In this document: one piece after another, positions 55,759 to 64,000 of the stretch
How the letters are laid out: each line of letters opens with the position of its first letter
How positions within the stretch are numbered: the stretch's first letter is position 1
From: Candidatus Bathyarchaeota archaeon
Lineage (GTDB): Archaea > Thermoproteota > Bathyarchaeia > Bathyarchaeales > Bathycorpusculaceae
Reading direction: 5' to 3'
Assembly (NCBI GenBank): GCA_963828195.1
Contig: CAWHDT010000005.1
Span: 384,001 to 448,000, forward strand
DNA length: 64,000 nt
The notes under the pieces: generated by a model
The model's input: only the letters and a program-made list of their open reading frames with translations
The model's database searches: none
Told to the model about the DNA's origin: nothing
Program-made: the position numbers and the translations under genes

Positions 55759-57267
55759 CTATGGAAAAAGAGCCTCTACGTTAATCTTCAAATAATCGCC
55801 CTCTTTCTCAACAAATCCAGAGAATTCCAAACTATTTACCGCAGCCAATACATTGATGCTTCCGTCGATTTCCGCGATTTTCTCACGGAGATTTGCAATA
55901 TCTTGCTTTCTTTCTGATAAATAATACAAAACCATTGCGGATATGAAATCTTCTTTTTCAATTTTAGTACGCTTAAAGTGTTCCATGAGTTTTTTTGTAA
56001 TTTTACCTAATTTGGTAAGCACTTGCCTATTTTCAAGTTGCTTTAAGAGAATGAATTTCGCTATTAGTTTGCGAGCACCAGGACTAGATTGCAGCCCAAA
56101 AGTTCTAGCGAAGTTTCTGCGGACAACAGTCTCAATTTTTGTAACCAATTTTGTTTCCACATTTTGACTTTCGTTTAGTATAACCTTGAATTTTTCTTTT
56201 GCACATTGAATAAGCTCGGAATTCTTGCTAACAAAAGCCGATTCGGTATTCTCTCGCCAGTACCCTTTTGTTGTGTGAAAGCCCAAATTCATCTTGTTGA
56301 GGTTTATCGAACTAACTACCAACGCTTTATCAGTTAACAGAAGCTTTGCATGTAATTCTTGATTGGTTATCCTCACGTCTATTCCATGCGCTAAAAGATC
56401 ACGAAGCATATTTTCCGTTCTATCGGTAAAATCCATGCTTGTACCACCAGTTAATATGGTAATTTGTATCTTTTTATTTACAGCAGTTGCAACTAGAAAT
56501 TCACAAAAGTCAGTGTCAGTAAATGTTTCTGTAGAAATATATGCATACTGATCAGCATTATCGATTAAGCCGTTCAGCAGTTCACGCCCAATACAATCGA
56601 AGGGCGTCAGGTATAGCTTTTCAAGAATATCTTGACTAGATGCGCATATTTCCAAAGGATATTCTCTAATCCAATGATCAATGTGCTCTTTTCCAATATT
56701 TTTGGGCAACTCAAAAATCTTGCCGTTTTGATCCGGTTTTGCTTGAAATATTTTTTCCTTTACCGAACCATCTGAAGAGCCGTTTCTCAACACAAAAAGA
56801 TTGATCAACCGATCAAATTGATTGTTTAACTCCTTTATTCTCGTTTCATCGTTTTTAAAGACAATCATCGCATCTAATTCTTGTTCTTCAGTTAAGTTAG
56901 CGGATAATACAATAGCACTCTTCTCAGTAACTATGAATTTACCATGGAAGGAATACCATCTTCCGACTGCAGTTGTGGTTCTACTGGGATCACCGATATT
57001 CCATCTATCGAAGTAAAATATCGCACCATTTTTCTGCAATTCACTTAACAGCGGCTCCACCCTTGACCTAATATCTCGGTTAATACTATCAAATGGGAGC
57101 GTGAAAATTTCTATTTTTAACCCTTCGGCAAGTTTTTTGTTAAGGCTGTCGATTACCGCTTTGTTGTGTAATTGAAAAATTGCAATACGAACATATTTTT
57201 CAGCTGAGTATATTTCTTTAATAATTGATGGAATGACGTTGATACTGAAGTCAAAGTTGATAGACAC
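55759..57267 (-). CDS. Double-PLD-domain putative nuclease with a C-terminal wHTH-like region
   Basis: FHGKFIVTEKSAIVLSANLT and LHAKLLLTDKALVVSSINLN motifs; no TM segment; AT-rich; downstream of a DNA methyltransferase. Confidence 0.8.
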   Translation of the reverse strand: MSINFDFSINVIPSIIKEIYSAEKYVRIAIFQLHNKAVIDSLNKKLAEGLKIEIFTLPFDSINRDIRSRVEPLLSELQKNGAIFYFDRWNIGDPSRTTTAVGRWYSFHGKFIVTEKSAIVLSANLTEEQELDAMIVFKNDETRIKELNNQFDRLINLFVLRNGSSDGSVKEKIFQAKPDQNGKIFELPKNIGKEHIDHWIREYPLEICASSQDILEKLYLTPFDCIGRELLNGLIDNADQYAYISTETFTDTDFCEFLVATAVNKKIQITILTGGTSMDFTDRTENMLRDLLAHGIDVRITNQELHAKLLLTDKALVVSSINLNKMNLGFHTTKGYWRENTESAFVSKNSELIQCAKEKFKVILNESQNVETKLVTKIETVVRRNFARTFGLQSSPGARKLIAKFILLKQLENRQVLTKLGKITKKLMEHFKRTKIEKEDFISAMVLYYLSERKQDIANLREKIAEIDGSINVLAAVNSLEFSGFVEKEGDYLKINVEALFP

Positions 57268-57359
57268 TGCTTAGGCCTCTTTATTACATCTAGGCTTTTG
57301 CTTATAAGCTATTTTGGCTTTGATCCGCTCACTTGCTATTTATTGAATGAGAATCTATG

Positions 57360-58598
57360 TTACAGAAGTTCCCTTTGCTTTCCAACAATCTTACTTCTTT
57401 GCCAAATATCGTCGAGATGCGCGGTAAACCGGTAGTAATCACGTAGTTGGTGTATGCTGTCAGACGCTCTTGGAACAGCCAAACGGCAATTAATTAATTT
57501 CACATGTGCGGGGTCAATTTCTATTCCAATTGAGTTTCTTTTTAGCTGTTTTGCAACCACTAAAGCAGTGCCCGTCCCCGCAGTTGGATCAAATACCACA
57601 TCGCCTTGATGAGATGAGGATAGAATTATTCTCAAAAGTAACGCTACTGGCGTTTGTTGAACATGTATTCTCTTGCCACTTTCGTCCCTTAGTGCTTCAT
57701 CTCCAGCAAAATATCCGGATGTTAGTTCTCTAATATCATCCCACACATCTGTTAAATAAACGCCATTTTCGTGTTGGTATTTGTGCTCGGGTAAAGGCGG
57801 TGGATCTATTCGCACTTTGTTAAAAACTCTTGGCTTATTCCCTTTAATGGCATATACAATTATCTGATACTGTTTTGAAAACCTTGTTTCAATGGGAACA
57901 GCAGACGTCTTTTTTTTCCAAATGATTAGATTTTGGAAATTCCAACCAGTTTCTCTTAATATTTTGAGTATGATTTCAGCATTTTTTTCCCTATGCATGA
58001 AATATATACATCCACCGTCTGAGGTGTTTTTGTAAACGCCTTCTATAATTGCTTTTATCCAGTTCCAGTATTTGTCAACCGATTGATTATCATCGAAAAA
58101 TCGATATTCTTTGCCTTGGAGATAAGGTGGGTCAAAAAAAGTAAGATGTACGGTACCAACAGTTCCTTTGTTGAGATGTTCTATGCAGTCACCTTCAAGC
58201 ATTTTATACCAAGTTTTATTTTGCTCAAAATCATTTTCAGGTTCTGAGATACAATCATTTACTTCGGTATTGCTTGCTGTACTTAGCTTTGGCTGTTCAT
58301 CTAATATTTCCGTGGACTCAGAGATAGAGGGCACATGCTCCAGCCCGTTTAATTTAACTTCAAATCCATTTTCATTTCTTGTTACGATAACCTCAGAATT
58401 AATTGGAAATTTACTTTTCAATAATTTAGAACAACGAAGTCTTCCTTCTTTATCCCATTCAGCCGGTTCATCATTTAGTTTTGTGGTAAAGGGTGGCGTT
58501 AAACCTTGCAAAAGTTCCAGTCTGTTTTCAACTGGTATGTAAATGAATCCTATTTCGACTTCTTTCTTTTTCAGTACCTTTGTGACCATAGTCACCAA
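57360..58598 (-). CDS. Beta-class N6A/N4C DNA methyltransferase with an extra N-terminal domain
   Basis: FFDPPY (motif IV) precedes VFDPTAGTGT (motif I); IIWKK, TDVW. Confidence 0.9.
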   Translation of the reverse strand: MVTMVTKVLKKKEVEIGFIYIPVENRLELLQGLTPPFTTKLNDEPAEWDKEGRLRCSKLLKSKFPINSEVIVTRNENGFEVKLNGLEHVPSISESTEILDEQPKLSTASNTEVNDCISEPENDFEQNKTWYKMLEGDCIEHLNKGTVGTVHLTFFDPPYLQGKEYRFFDDNQSVDKYWNWIKAIIEGVYKNTSDGGCIYFMHREKNAEIILKILRETGWNFQNLIIWKKKTSAVPIETRFSKQYQIIVYAIKGNKPRVFNKVRIDPPPLPEHKYQHENGVYLTDVWDDIRELTSGYFAGDEALRDESGKRIHVQQTPVALLLRIILSSSHQGDVVFDPTAGTGTALVVAKQLKRNSIGIEIDPAHVKLINCRLAVPRASDSIHQLRDYYRFTAHLDDIWQRSKIVGKQRELL

Positions 58599-58756
58599 TT
58601 CTGTTATCCAGTATGTTCTTAGCTATAAATTTAATCTTATTATAAGATTATTATGAAAGATTACTTTTTCTCAATACGCAAAAAAATTTTCTACAATATG
58701 CTTAGAATTTTATTAGTGTTTGTTCCCATTCAAATATTGGGTGCTTTTTGTTCTTC

Positions 58757-59215
58757 TCAAATTAACCAATTATGCCACCAGAAGTTGTTGGCTTCTTCGT
58801 CTCCGAGCACAATGCCGTAATACAAGGTTCTGGGCATGGTGGTTTCTATAACAGTTTTGCCTTTGAGTAGCCATGTGTGCTGTCGCCAAATACCGTCAGC
58901 GCTCAATGCCCACCCAGTTGCAATTCTGTAGGTTTTAGGGTGCTTGTCCCAGAATTGGGCACAGTTGCTATGGCATTGGCATGGTGCAATTGGTTTAAAA
59001 ATAACCTTGCCTTTGACGAGTTGACCTTTGTCTAGGAGAGTTTCGAGGTCGGGCTCAGGTTGAAGTGCTACCCAATCGCCGCCAAGGGACAACAGTCTAT
59101 CTTGCAGCAGCTTGAGTTCAGGCATCATTTCAAGATTTTTTTCGGTTTTGCTCAGTGCCCACTTTACCCATTCTGGGTCTTCCATTGCTCGAGTGGCTTT
59201 AGCCAGTTTAGGCAC
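58757..59215 (-). CDS. Hypothetical protein, possible papain/transglutaminase-like fold
   Basis: CQCHSNC...ATGWAL...WRQHTWL...IETT. Confidence 0.6.
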   Translation of the reverse strand: MPKLAKATRAMEDPEWVKWALSKTEKNLEMMPELKLLQDRLLSLGGDWVALQPEPDLETLLDKGQLVKGKVIFKPIAPCQCHSNCAQFWDKHPKTYRIATGWALSADGIWRQHTWLLKGKTVIETTMPRTLYYGIVLGDEEANNFWWHNWLI

Positions 59216-59657
59216 GATTCCTGTTCCTCAACTATCCGGAGTGTATCTGGTCTAACTATTCAAGCTTATCAGGTTTTGATTAGTTCTGATGCGTATTTTT
59301 GTACTGTGTAGTTTATGGCCTTTGTATTCACATATCAGAGCTTTTTTGATACTTTTCATCGTTTCTGATTTACACTTTTTTTCCATTTTGTGTTTTGTAT
59401 GGGTGGCTTGTTTACGGGTTGTTTGTGGGTTTTGTTGATGTTGCCCGTTTCGCCTGTCGCGAATTTCCAGCTGTGAGATAGCTTGGTTGCTTGTCTATTT
59501 GGATCCTATAGATGTGCCTATTTGGTTCATCTATTAAGCCGAGGGGGTAGTCTGTGAGAGAGACAGATCTCGGGGGTAGATCCGTGTTCTGTTTGTGGAG
59601 CGCTGCTAGTAAAAACTTCTTAAGCAGACCATTGCTTACAATTATGATGGTGAAGTT

Positions 59658-59861
59658 GTGATGTCAAAAAAACAGAAGGAAGAAGTTGGAATATTCGAAA
59701 CCATTGAAGTTGTTGTTAACAAGAAACGTGATAAAGCAAATTTTGAAATTATGCATGATGTTAATGGAAAAGAAACCATGGCTATAACTTGCAAAGATGA
59801 AAAGGGTAAAGAAGTTAGAATAGAGGTTCCATGGGAAAAAATTAAACAATTAAAGAAATAA
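59658..59861 (+). CDS. Small hypothetical protein
   Basis: 67-aa ORF with GGTGA SD. Confidence 0.55.
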   Translation: MMSKKQKEEVGIFETIEVVVNKKRDKANFEIMHDVNGKETMAITCKDEKGKEVRIEVPWEKIKQLKK

Positions 59862-60249
59862 ATCTTCATACAATTCCGAACAAGCGGTTCTGTTGTTGGT
59901 TTCAGTTTGTGACAACATTATTTTATATTCTCTTTGAGGGATAATGGGTGACAAGAGCCAGCGGTTGTTTATGCGGGTTCGGCTGCTAATAGAAGATAAG
60001 GTTCCCCCCCTCTTCTTTTTGCCTTATCTCTGTTAGCGCAAGGCTAAATCCGTTTAACACTAATTTTTGCCCATTAACTCAACATTAGCGTGCGACCAAA
60101 AATTATATCTGTTGTTTCTGTGCCCGGCTCGTCCATGTAGCGTTTGAGGATTGCGCTTGTTCAGCTTTCCATTTCAGCATAACATCTTTGGAAATGGGTA
60201 AACTTAAAACTGCACCCCGCATATTTTTCTCTCTAACTGGTGCATTCAC

Positions 60250-61095
60250 TTGGCGTTTCTCGTAACCAAAGCAGACGGATCCAAACAATCGTTTAACAGA
60301 GAAAAAATCGTTCAGACATGCTTGAGAATGGGCGCAGACAGCTACATCGCTAATGAAGTTGCGGAGCGGGTTGAAAGAAGACTTTACGAAGGCATAACTA
60401 CAGAGGCGATTCTTAAGCTTATTTTCACGTATATGAGGAAATACCGGCCTGCTGTCAGCCACCTTTACGACTTAAAACGGGGTATAAGCCTGATGGAGCC
60501 CAAGCCGGAGTTTGAATTGTTCATACAGGTTTTGTTGGCGCACACCGGTTTTGAGGTCACGCCTAATCAGGTTCTCAGGGGGAAATGCGGGGAACATGAG
60601 GTGGATGGCATTGCAAGGAAGGACGGAGTCACCTACTTTGTTGAGGTTAAACATCATTTAAGCTACCACGCCTTAACGGGGCTGGATGAAAGCCGAATAG
60701 CTTGGGCAGTGCTCGAAGACGTTACAGACGCCTTCTCGCTTGGCTTAACAGACCTAAAAATTGACCGCGCCGTTATAGTCACCAACACCAGATACTCGGA
60801 ACATGCAATACGGTACGGCAAATGCAAAAACCTCATACAGATAGGATGGACTTCACCTGAACACTTCGGATTAAGAGAAGCCATTGAAAAAAACAAGTTA
60901 TACCCGTTAAGCTGCCTTAGAGGAGTAAGCGTTGAAGCAAGGCAGAGGCTGGTTAACTCGGGGATAGTTCTCATAAAACAGTTGCTTAACCAAGACAGAT
61001 TGACAATTGAAAGGAAAACAGGATTATCCCAAGCAACCGTGCTATCGATCATGGAAGAGGCCAGACACAGCGCAAACACGCTTTGGGACTTTTAG
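60250..61095 (+). CDS. ATP-cone plus Mrr-like PD-(D/E)xK endonuclease protein
   Basis: VTKADGSKQSFNREKI ATP cone; FELFI, HEVDG, VEVKHH, VTNT; C-terminal HhH-like region. Confidence 0.85.
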   Translation: MAFLVTKADGSKQSFNREKIVQTCLRMGADSYIANEVAERVERRLYEGITTEAILKLIFTYMRKYRPAVSHLYDLKRGISLMEPKPEFELFIQVLLAHTGFEVTPNQVLRGKCGEHEVDGIARKDGVTYFVEVKHHLSYHALTGLDESRIAWAVLEDVTDAFSLGLTDLKIDRAVIVTNTRYSEHAIRYGKCKNLIQIGWTSPEHFGLREAIEKNKLYPLSCLRGVSVEARQRLVNSGIVLIKQLLNQDRLTIERKTGLSQATVLSIMEEARHSANTLWDF

Positions 61096-61187
61096 CCAGA
61101 CTACCGGACAATACTAGAGGTCTGTAATAAGTTAATATGGCGGACAAAGACTTTCCCGCTTGAAAATTCAAGGAACTTGCGGCGCGC

Positions 61188-61460
61188 TTAAGTTGAAGTT
61201 TTGATTGTTTCTTTTGAAGGCAGGATATTAAAGAAAGTTAAAACAGTAATTCCTGAAGGAGCTATAGTATATCTTTGAGTTATATTGCCTCTTGATAGCT
61301 CAGTGATTATCTCATTTTTTACTAAAAAATCAAGGTCTCTCTTCAAAGATGCCTTGTTAGGATTCTTTAAGAATAAACTCAATTGGTTGAATGTTTGGGG
61401 ACCATTCTCTGTGAGAAACTTTGAGATTTGTATGTAGTGCCCTAATTTGTTATTTAGCAT
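61188..61460 (-). CDS. Small winged-HTH protein
   Basis: LKRDLDFLVKNEII...RYTIAPSG. Confidence 0.65.
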   Translation of the reverse strand: MLNNKLGHYIQISKFLTENGPQTFNQLSLFLKNPNKASLKRDLDFLVKNEIITELSRGNITQRYTIAPSGITVLTFFNILPSKETIKTST

Positions 61461-61530
61461 ATTAGCCCAATACCGTAAAATGCGCTGTAATAAAAATATA
61501 AATCTTGCTATACAAGACTCAGACCGATGA

Positions 61531-61764
61531 CTAGCTTGACCCAGTAATTGATGTTTTTGCAATTTCAATAATGACTTTTTGAGTTAATTGCTCTTCTATT
61601 CTATCATGCTCAGCTTGTTTTTTTAAAGGATCCATTTCCTTTTGTACATGCAGTTTGGCATGTTCCTCAATACAATTAGCCATCTCTTTCAGGTCAGGAA
61701 TAATCAGAATTTCTTCGCCACATTCGCAAACAACTGTTAACATGTGCCTAAATTGTTTTTTCAT
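61531..61764 (-). CDS. Small Zn-binding hypothetical protein
   Basis: CECG...IEEHAKLH. Confidence 0.65.
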   Translation of the reverse strand: MKKQFRHMLTVVCECGEEILIIPDLKEMANCIEEHAKLHVQKEMDPLKKQAEHDRIEEQLTQKVIIEIAKTSITGSS

Positions 61765-61974
61765 TTATTTAGTCATCGCTGGAACTGAGACTTGGACAGA
61801 GTGTGAATAATAAATGTTGTCTATTGCAGAGGATAAATAGGGCTACTGCGCAGCGCACTAGTGCTTAAAGTAAATTCAAACGTACAAAGTAAAATAGGGC
61901 GATGAAGACTTCCAAATAGAATTCTAAGGAAATCGAAAAAGAAGGATGTTGTAACAGCATTTGTTCATTAGACT

Positions 61975-62415
61975 TTAGAGTTTGTTCCGTTTTTCTTCTA
62001 TTGCTTTCTTTGCCAAAGCCACTGCATCTTCTCTTGTTTTGCCATATAATGCACCGATTTTGTCGGCATCCTCTTTGTCTACAGCTGCACCGCCTATCAT
62101 GACTGCAACTTTGCCCTTTAGTCCTTCAGCTTCTAAAGCAGAAATCAGTTTTAGAAGATTCTCTTTAGCGCCAGAAATACTGATAGTAACGACAATTATG
62201 TCAGGGTTTGCCTCTTTGACTTTTGAAATAAAATCTGCAACAGAAACATCTTTCCCTGCATCTACAGTTTTAAATTGGGCAGTTTTAAGTGATTTTCTAA
62301 CCATCTCTTTGGCAGTATCGATGATGTCAGGGTGAAGAGTGCCTATAACAATTGTTCCAATAGGATTTGCCGGTTCAGGCGGCTCTTTTTCTCTCATAGC
62401 TTTTAACCAAGACAT
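61975..62415 (-). CDS. B12-binding (corrinoid protein-like) domain lacking the axial His
   Basis: IVIGTLHPDIIDTAKEMV, DAGKDV, PDII, VMIGGAAV. Confidence 0.78.
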   Translation of the reverse strand: MSWLKAMREKEPPEPANPIGTIVIGTLHPDIIDTAKEMVRKSLKTAQFKTVDAGKDVSVADFISKVKEANPDIIVVTISISGAKENLLKLISALEAEGLKGKVAVMIGGAAVDKEDADKIGALYGKTREDAVALAKKAIEEKRNKL

Positions 62416-62580
62416 ACAAAAATCAATCCGTTATCTTCTAAATCGCTGTTTCAGAGATATTTGTGTTAAAACTGTATAATTAAGCATTTGCACATTCATG
62501 GAAAAGATACAAGTTTTGATGTACAGACTTTACCTGTATTTTCTGATGGATATGCAGAGTTAAAAAAAGAAAAACTGGGT

Positions 62581-62875
62581 TTAGTAGGGGATTGCTGCTT
62601 GGTTTCGTGTTTCCTCAACTATGGGGAGCACCTGTTTTAGTTCTTTGAAGTATTTCAGAACGGTTATTCCACGCTGCGTCACGGCGTAAACTACACGTTC
62701 TTTCCCTCAGTGTGCGTTGTTCGACTAAGCCTTGTTTTATGAGGAAGTCAAGGTACTCTTTTAGGACACAGCAGTTAACGTTTGCTTTATACATTACGTG
62801 AGTCAGCTTTAGGGGTCCTTTATGGGCAAGAACCGAGAGGATGTCAACATACATTTCTAGTTTGGAGCGTCTCAT
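62581..62875 (-). pseudogene. Winged-HTH regulator with a +1 frameshift near 62705
   Basis: MRRSKLEMYVDIL...MYKANVN...LIKQGLVE; removing one G restores KERVVYAVTQRGITVLKYF...PY*. Confidence 0.78.
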
Positions 62876-63034
62876 ACTTGATCGTTCCACTATTAAGCTG
62901 AAATCAGAATTAACGATATGTGTGTCGCAAAAAACATAGCCATTTGGCTACGGCTTGTGTATTTCTGTTGTACACATCTACAAGTTGAATTTGCGGTTCA
63001 TAACGTTTATTTTTGGCCCAGCGTTGGAGAGGAT

Positions 63035-63199
63035 ATGTTGCAGCGGCAGAGCGCTAAAAAGCTGCATGCGCCTTCAGAGGGCTCGTTAAAGAGGGTTCTT
63101 GCCGATTCCGGATATTCCGAGGAAACAGCGTATAAGATCTGGAAATGGTATAACCCCAAAACCGATCTTGGTCCACTCAAAGAGGCTAATCAGCTTTAG
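63035..63199 (+). CDS. Small hypothetical protein
   Basis: GGAGAGG SD; LADSGYSEETAYKIWKWY. Confidence 0.5.
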   Translation: MLQRQSAKKLHAPSEGSLKRVLADSGYSEETAYKIWKWYNPKTDLGPLKEANQL

Positions 63200-63359
63200 A
63201 ATTGAATAAACCTAATACCGCACCTTGCAGAGAAGTTTCAACTAAAAGGGCTTTTTCCACGCAGTTTATGGTGCAACTTAACATAAGGAAGTTTTTCCTA
63301 AAAATACAAACGCTTTTTAATGGTAGGGTTTGCTATTATGAACTAAAACGGGGTTAGTC

Positions 63360-63926
63360 ATGAACGCTGATAAGTTGGTTGTTGGTTTAGCTGGGATGCC
63401 TGGGGCAGGCAAATCGTTAGTTGTTGAAGCGGCAGTTGACTATGGTTACTCCATTGTTGTTATGGGCGACGTGGTCAGGGAGGAAACTAGGAAGCTTGGT
63501 TTGGATTTGACTCCGCAGAATGTGGGGAAAGTGATGCTTCAGCTGCGGGCAGATGGCGGAGTTGGCGTGGTCGCTCAGAAATGTATTCCTAAAATTGAAG
63601 CACAAACCGGCGGCAGGGTTCTTGTGGATGGTTTAAGAAGTCTATACGAGGTTGACGCGTTCAAAGCGTATTTTGCCAGGTTCAGCGTTGTCGCTGTGCA
63701 TGCTTCGCCTGAAGCAAGGTTTAATCGTCTTTTTAATCGCCGCCGAAGCGATGACCCAAGCGGATGGGCCGTTTTCCTTGATCGGGATACAAGGGAGCTT
63801 AGCGTTGGCTTGGGCAACGTGATAGCGTTGGCTGAGCAGATGATAGTTAACGATAATAGTGTTGAGGAGGTTAAGCCTAAAGTTGCGGAGGCTCTGAGGA
63901 GGATTGAGGCGAAATGGCTGAAGTAA
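63360..63926 (+). CDS. UPF0200 / dephospho-CoA kinase-like P-loop kinase
   Basis: GLAGMPGAGKS, MGDVVREE, DGLRS, RRRSDD. Confidence 0.87.
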   Translation: MNADKLVVGLAGMPGAGKSLVVEAAVDYGYSIVVMGDVVREETRKLGLDLTPQNVGKVMLQLRADGGVGVVAQKCIPKIEAQTGGRVLVDGLRSLYEVDAFKAYFARFSVVAVHASPEARFNRLFNRRRSDDPSGWAVFLDRDTRELSVGLGNVIALAEQMIVNDNSVEEVKPKVAEALRRIEAKWLK

Positions 63927-64000
63927 CTGTTCATGCCCAAGCTGAAGTTAACCCGACGGAGAGCGAAGAAAAGGTGAAGACGGCGGTCACTAACGTTTTA
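63914..64000 (+). CDS. UPF0201-family RNA-binding protein, N-terminus (runs off the window)
   Basis: MAEVTVHAQAEVNPTESEEKVKTAVTNV; usual neighbour of UPF0200. Confidence 0.75.
   Translation, partial: MAEVTVHAQAEVNPTESEEKVKTAVTNVL

Noticed and set aside
59440-59600. Possible replication origin (G-runs, short direct repeats GGGGGTAG and CTATTTGG)
   Set aside because: No convincing ORB consensus and no adjacent cdc6/orc1 gene
10-63940. Numerous antisense and alternate-frame ORFs in the ORF track
   Set aside because: They are shadows of well-supported genes and lack family motifs

Overview
Archaeal chromosome segment, most consistent with Bathyarchaeia/TACK (inferred from gene content: exosome-proteasome operon, Fe-S-containing RpoD, BHB-type tRNA intron, multiple HdrA/MvhD, eL22-like gene). 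From left to right it carries: (1) a heterodisulfide-reductase cluster with one fused and one split double-module HdrA, two MvhD, HdrC and partial HdrB, divergent from an aryl-acid operon (phenylacetate-CoA ligase, IorA with an inserted polyferredoxin, IorB, PaaI); (2) tRNA-Cys with a small integrated islet and toxin-antitoxin genes; (3) Dph6 coupled to a class I glutamine amidotransferase, and a LonC-like protease; (4) a candidate rod-shaped ncRNA and tRNA-Glu with a D-loop intron; (5) a split glutamate synthase operon; (6) the S13-S4-S11-RpoD-L18e-L13-S9-RpoN cluster; (7) a small wHTH regulon with duplicated operators; (8) the psmA-SBDS-exosome-L37ae-Pcc1 operon; (9) an accessory region punctuated by a dispersed ~450-530 bp iteron-containing repeat, with TA modules, an MrfAB-like helicase/exonuclease pair, a tRNA-Thr remnant and a two-gene double-PLD nuclease plus methyltransferase locus. 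The most notable signals are the dispersed repeat family, the structured ncRNA candidate, the PLD/MTase locus, four genes that appear to need non-canonical start codons (CTG, ATC, ACG x2), and the ferredoxin-inserted IorA. All calls come from reading the sequence by eye; no database searches were run.
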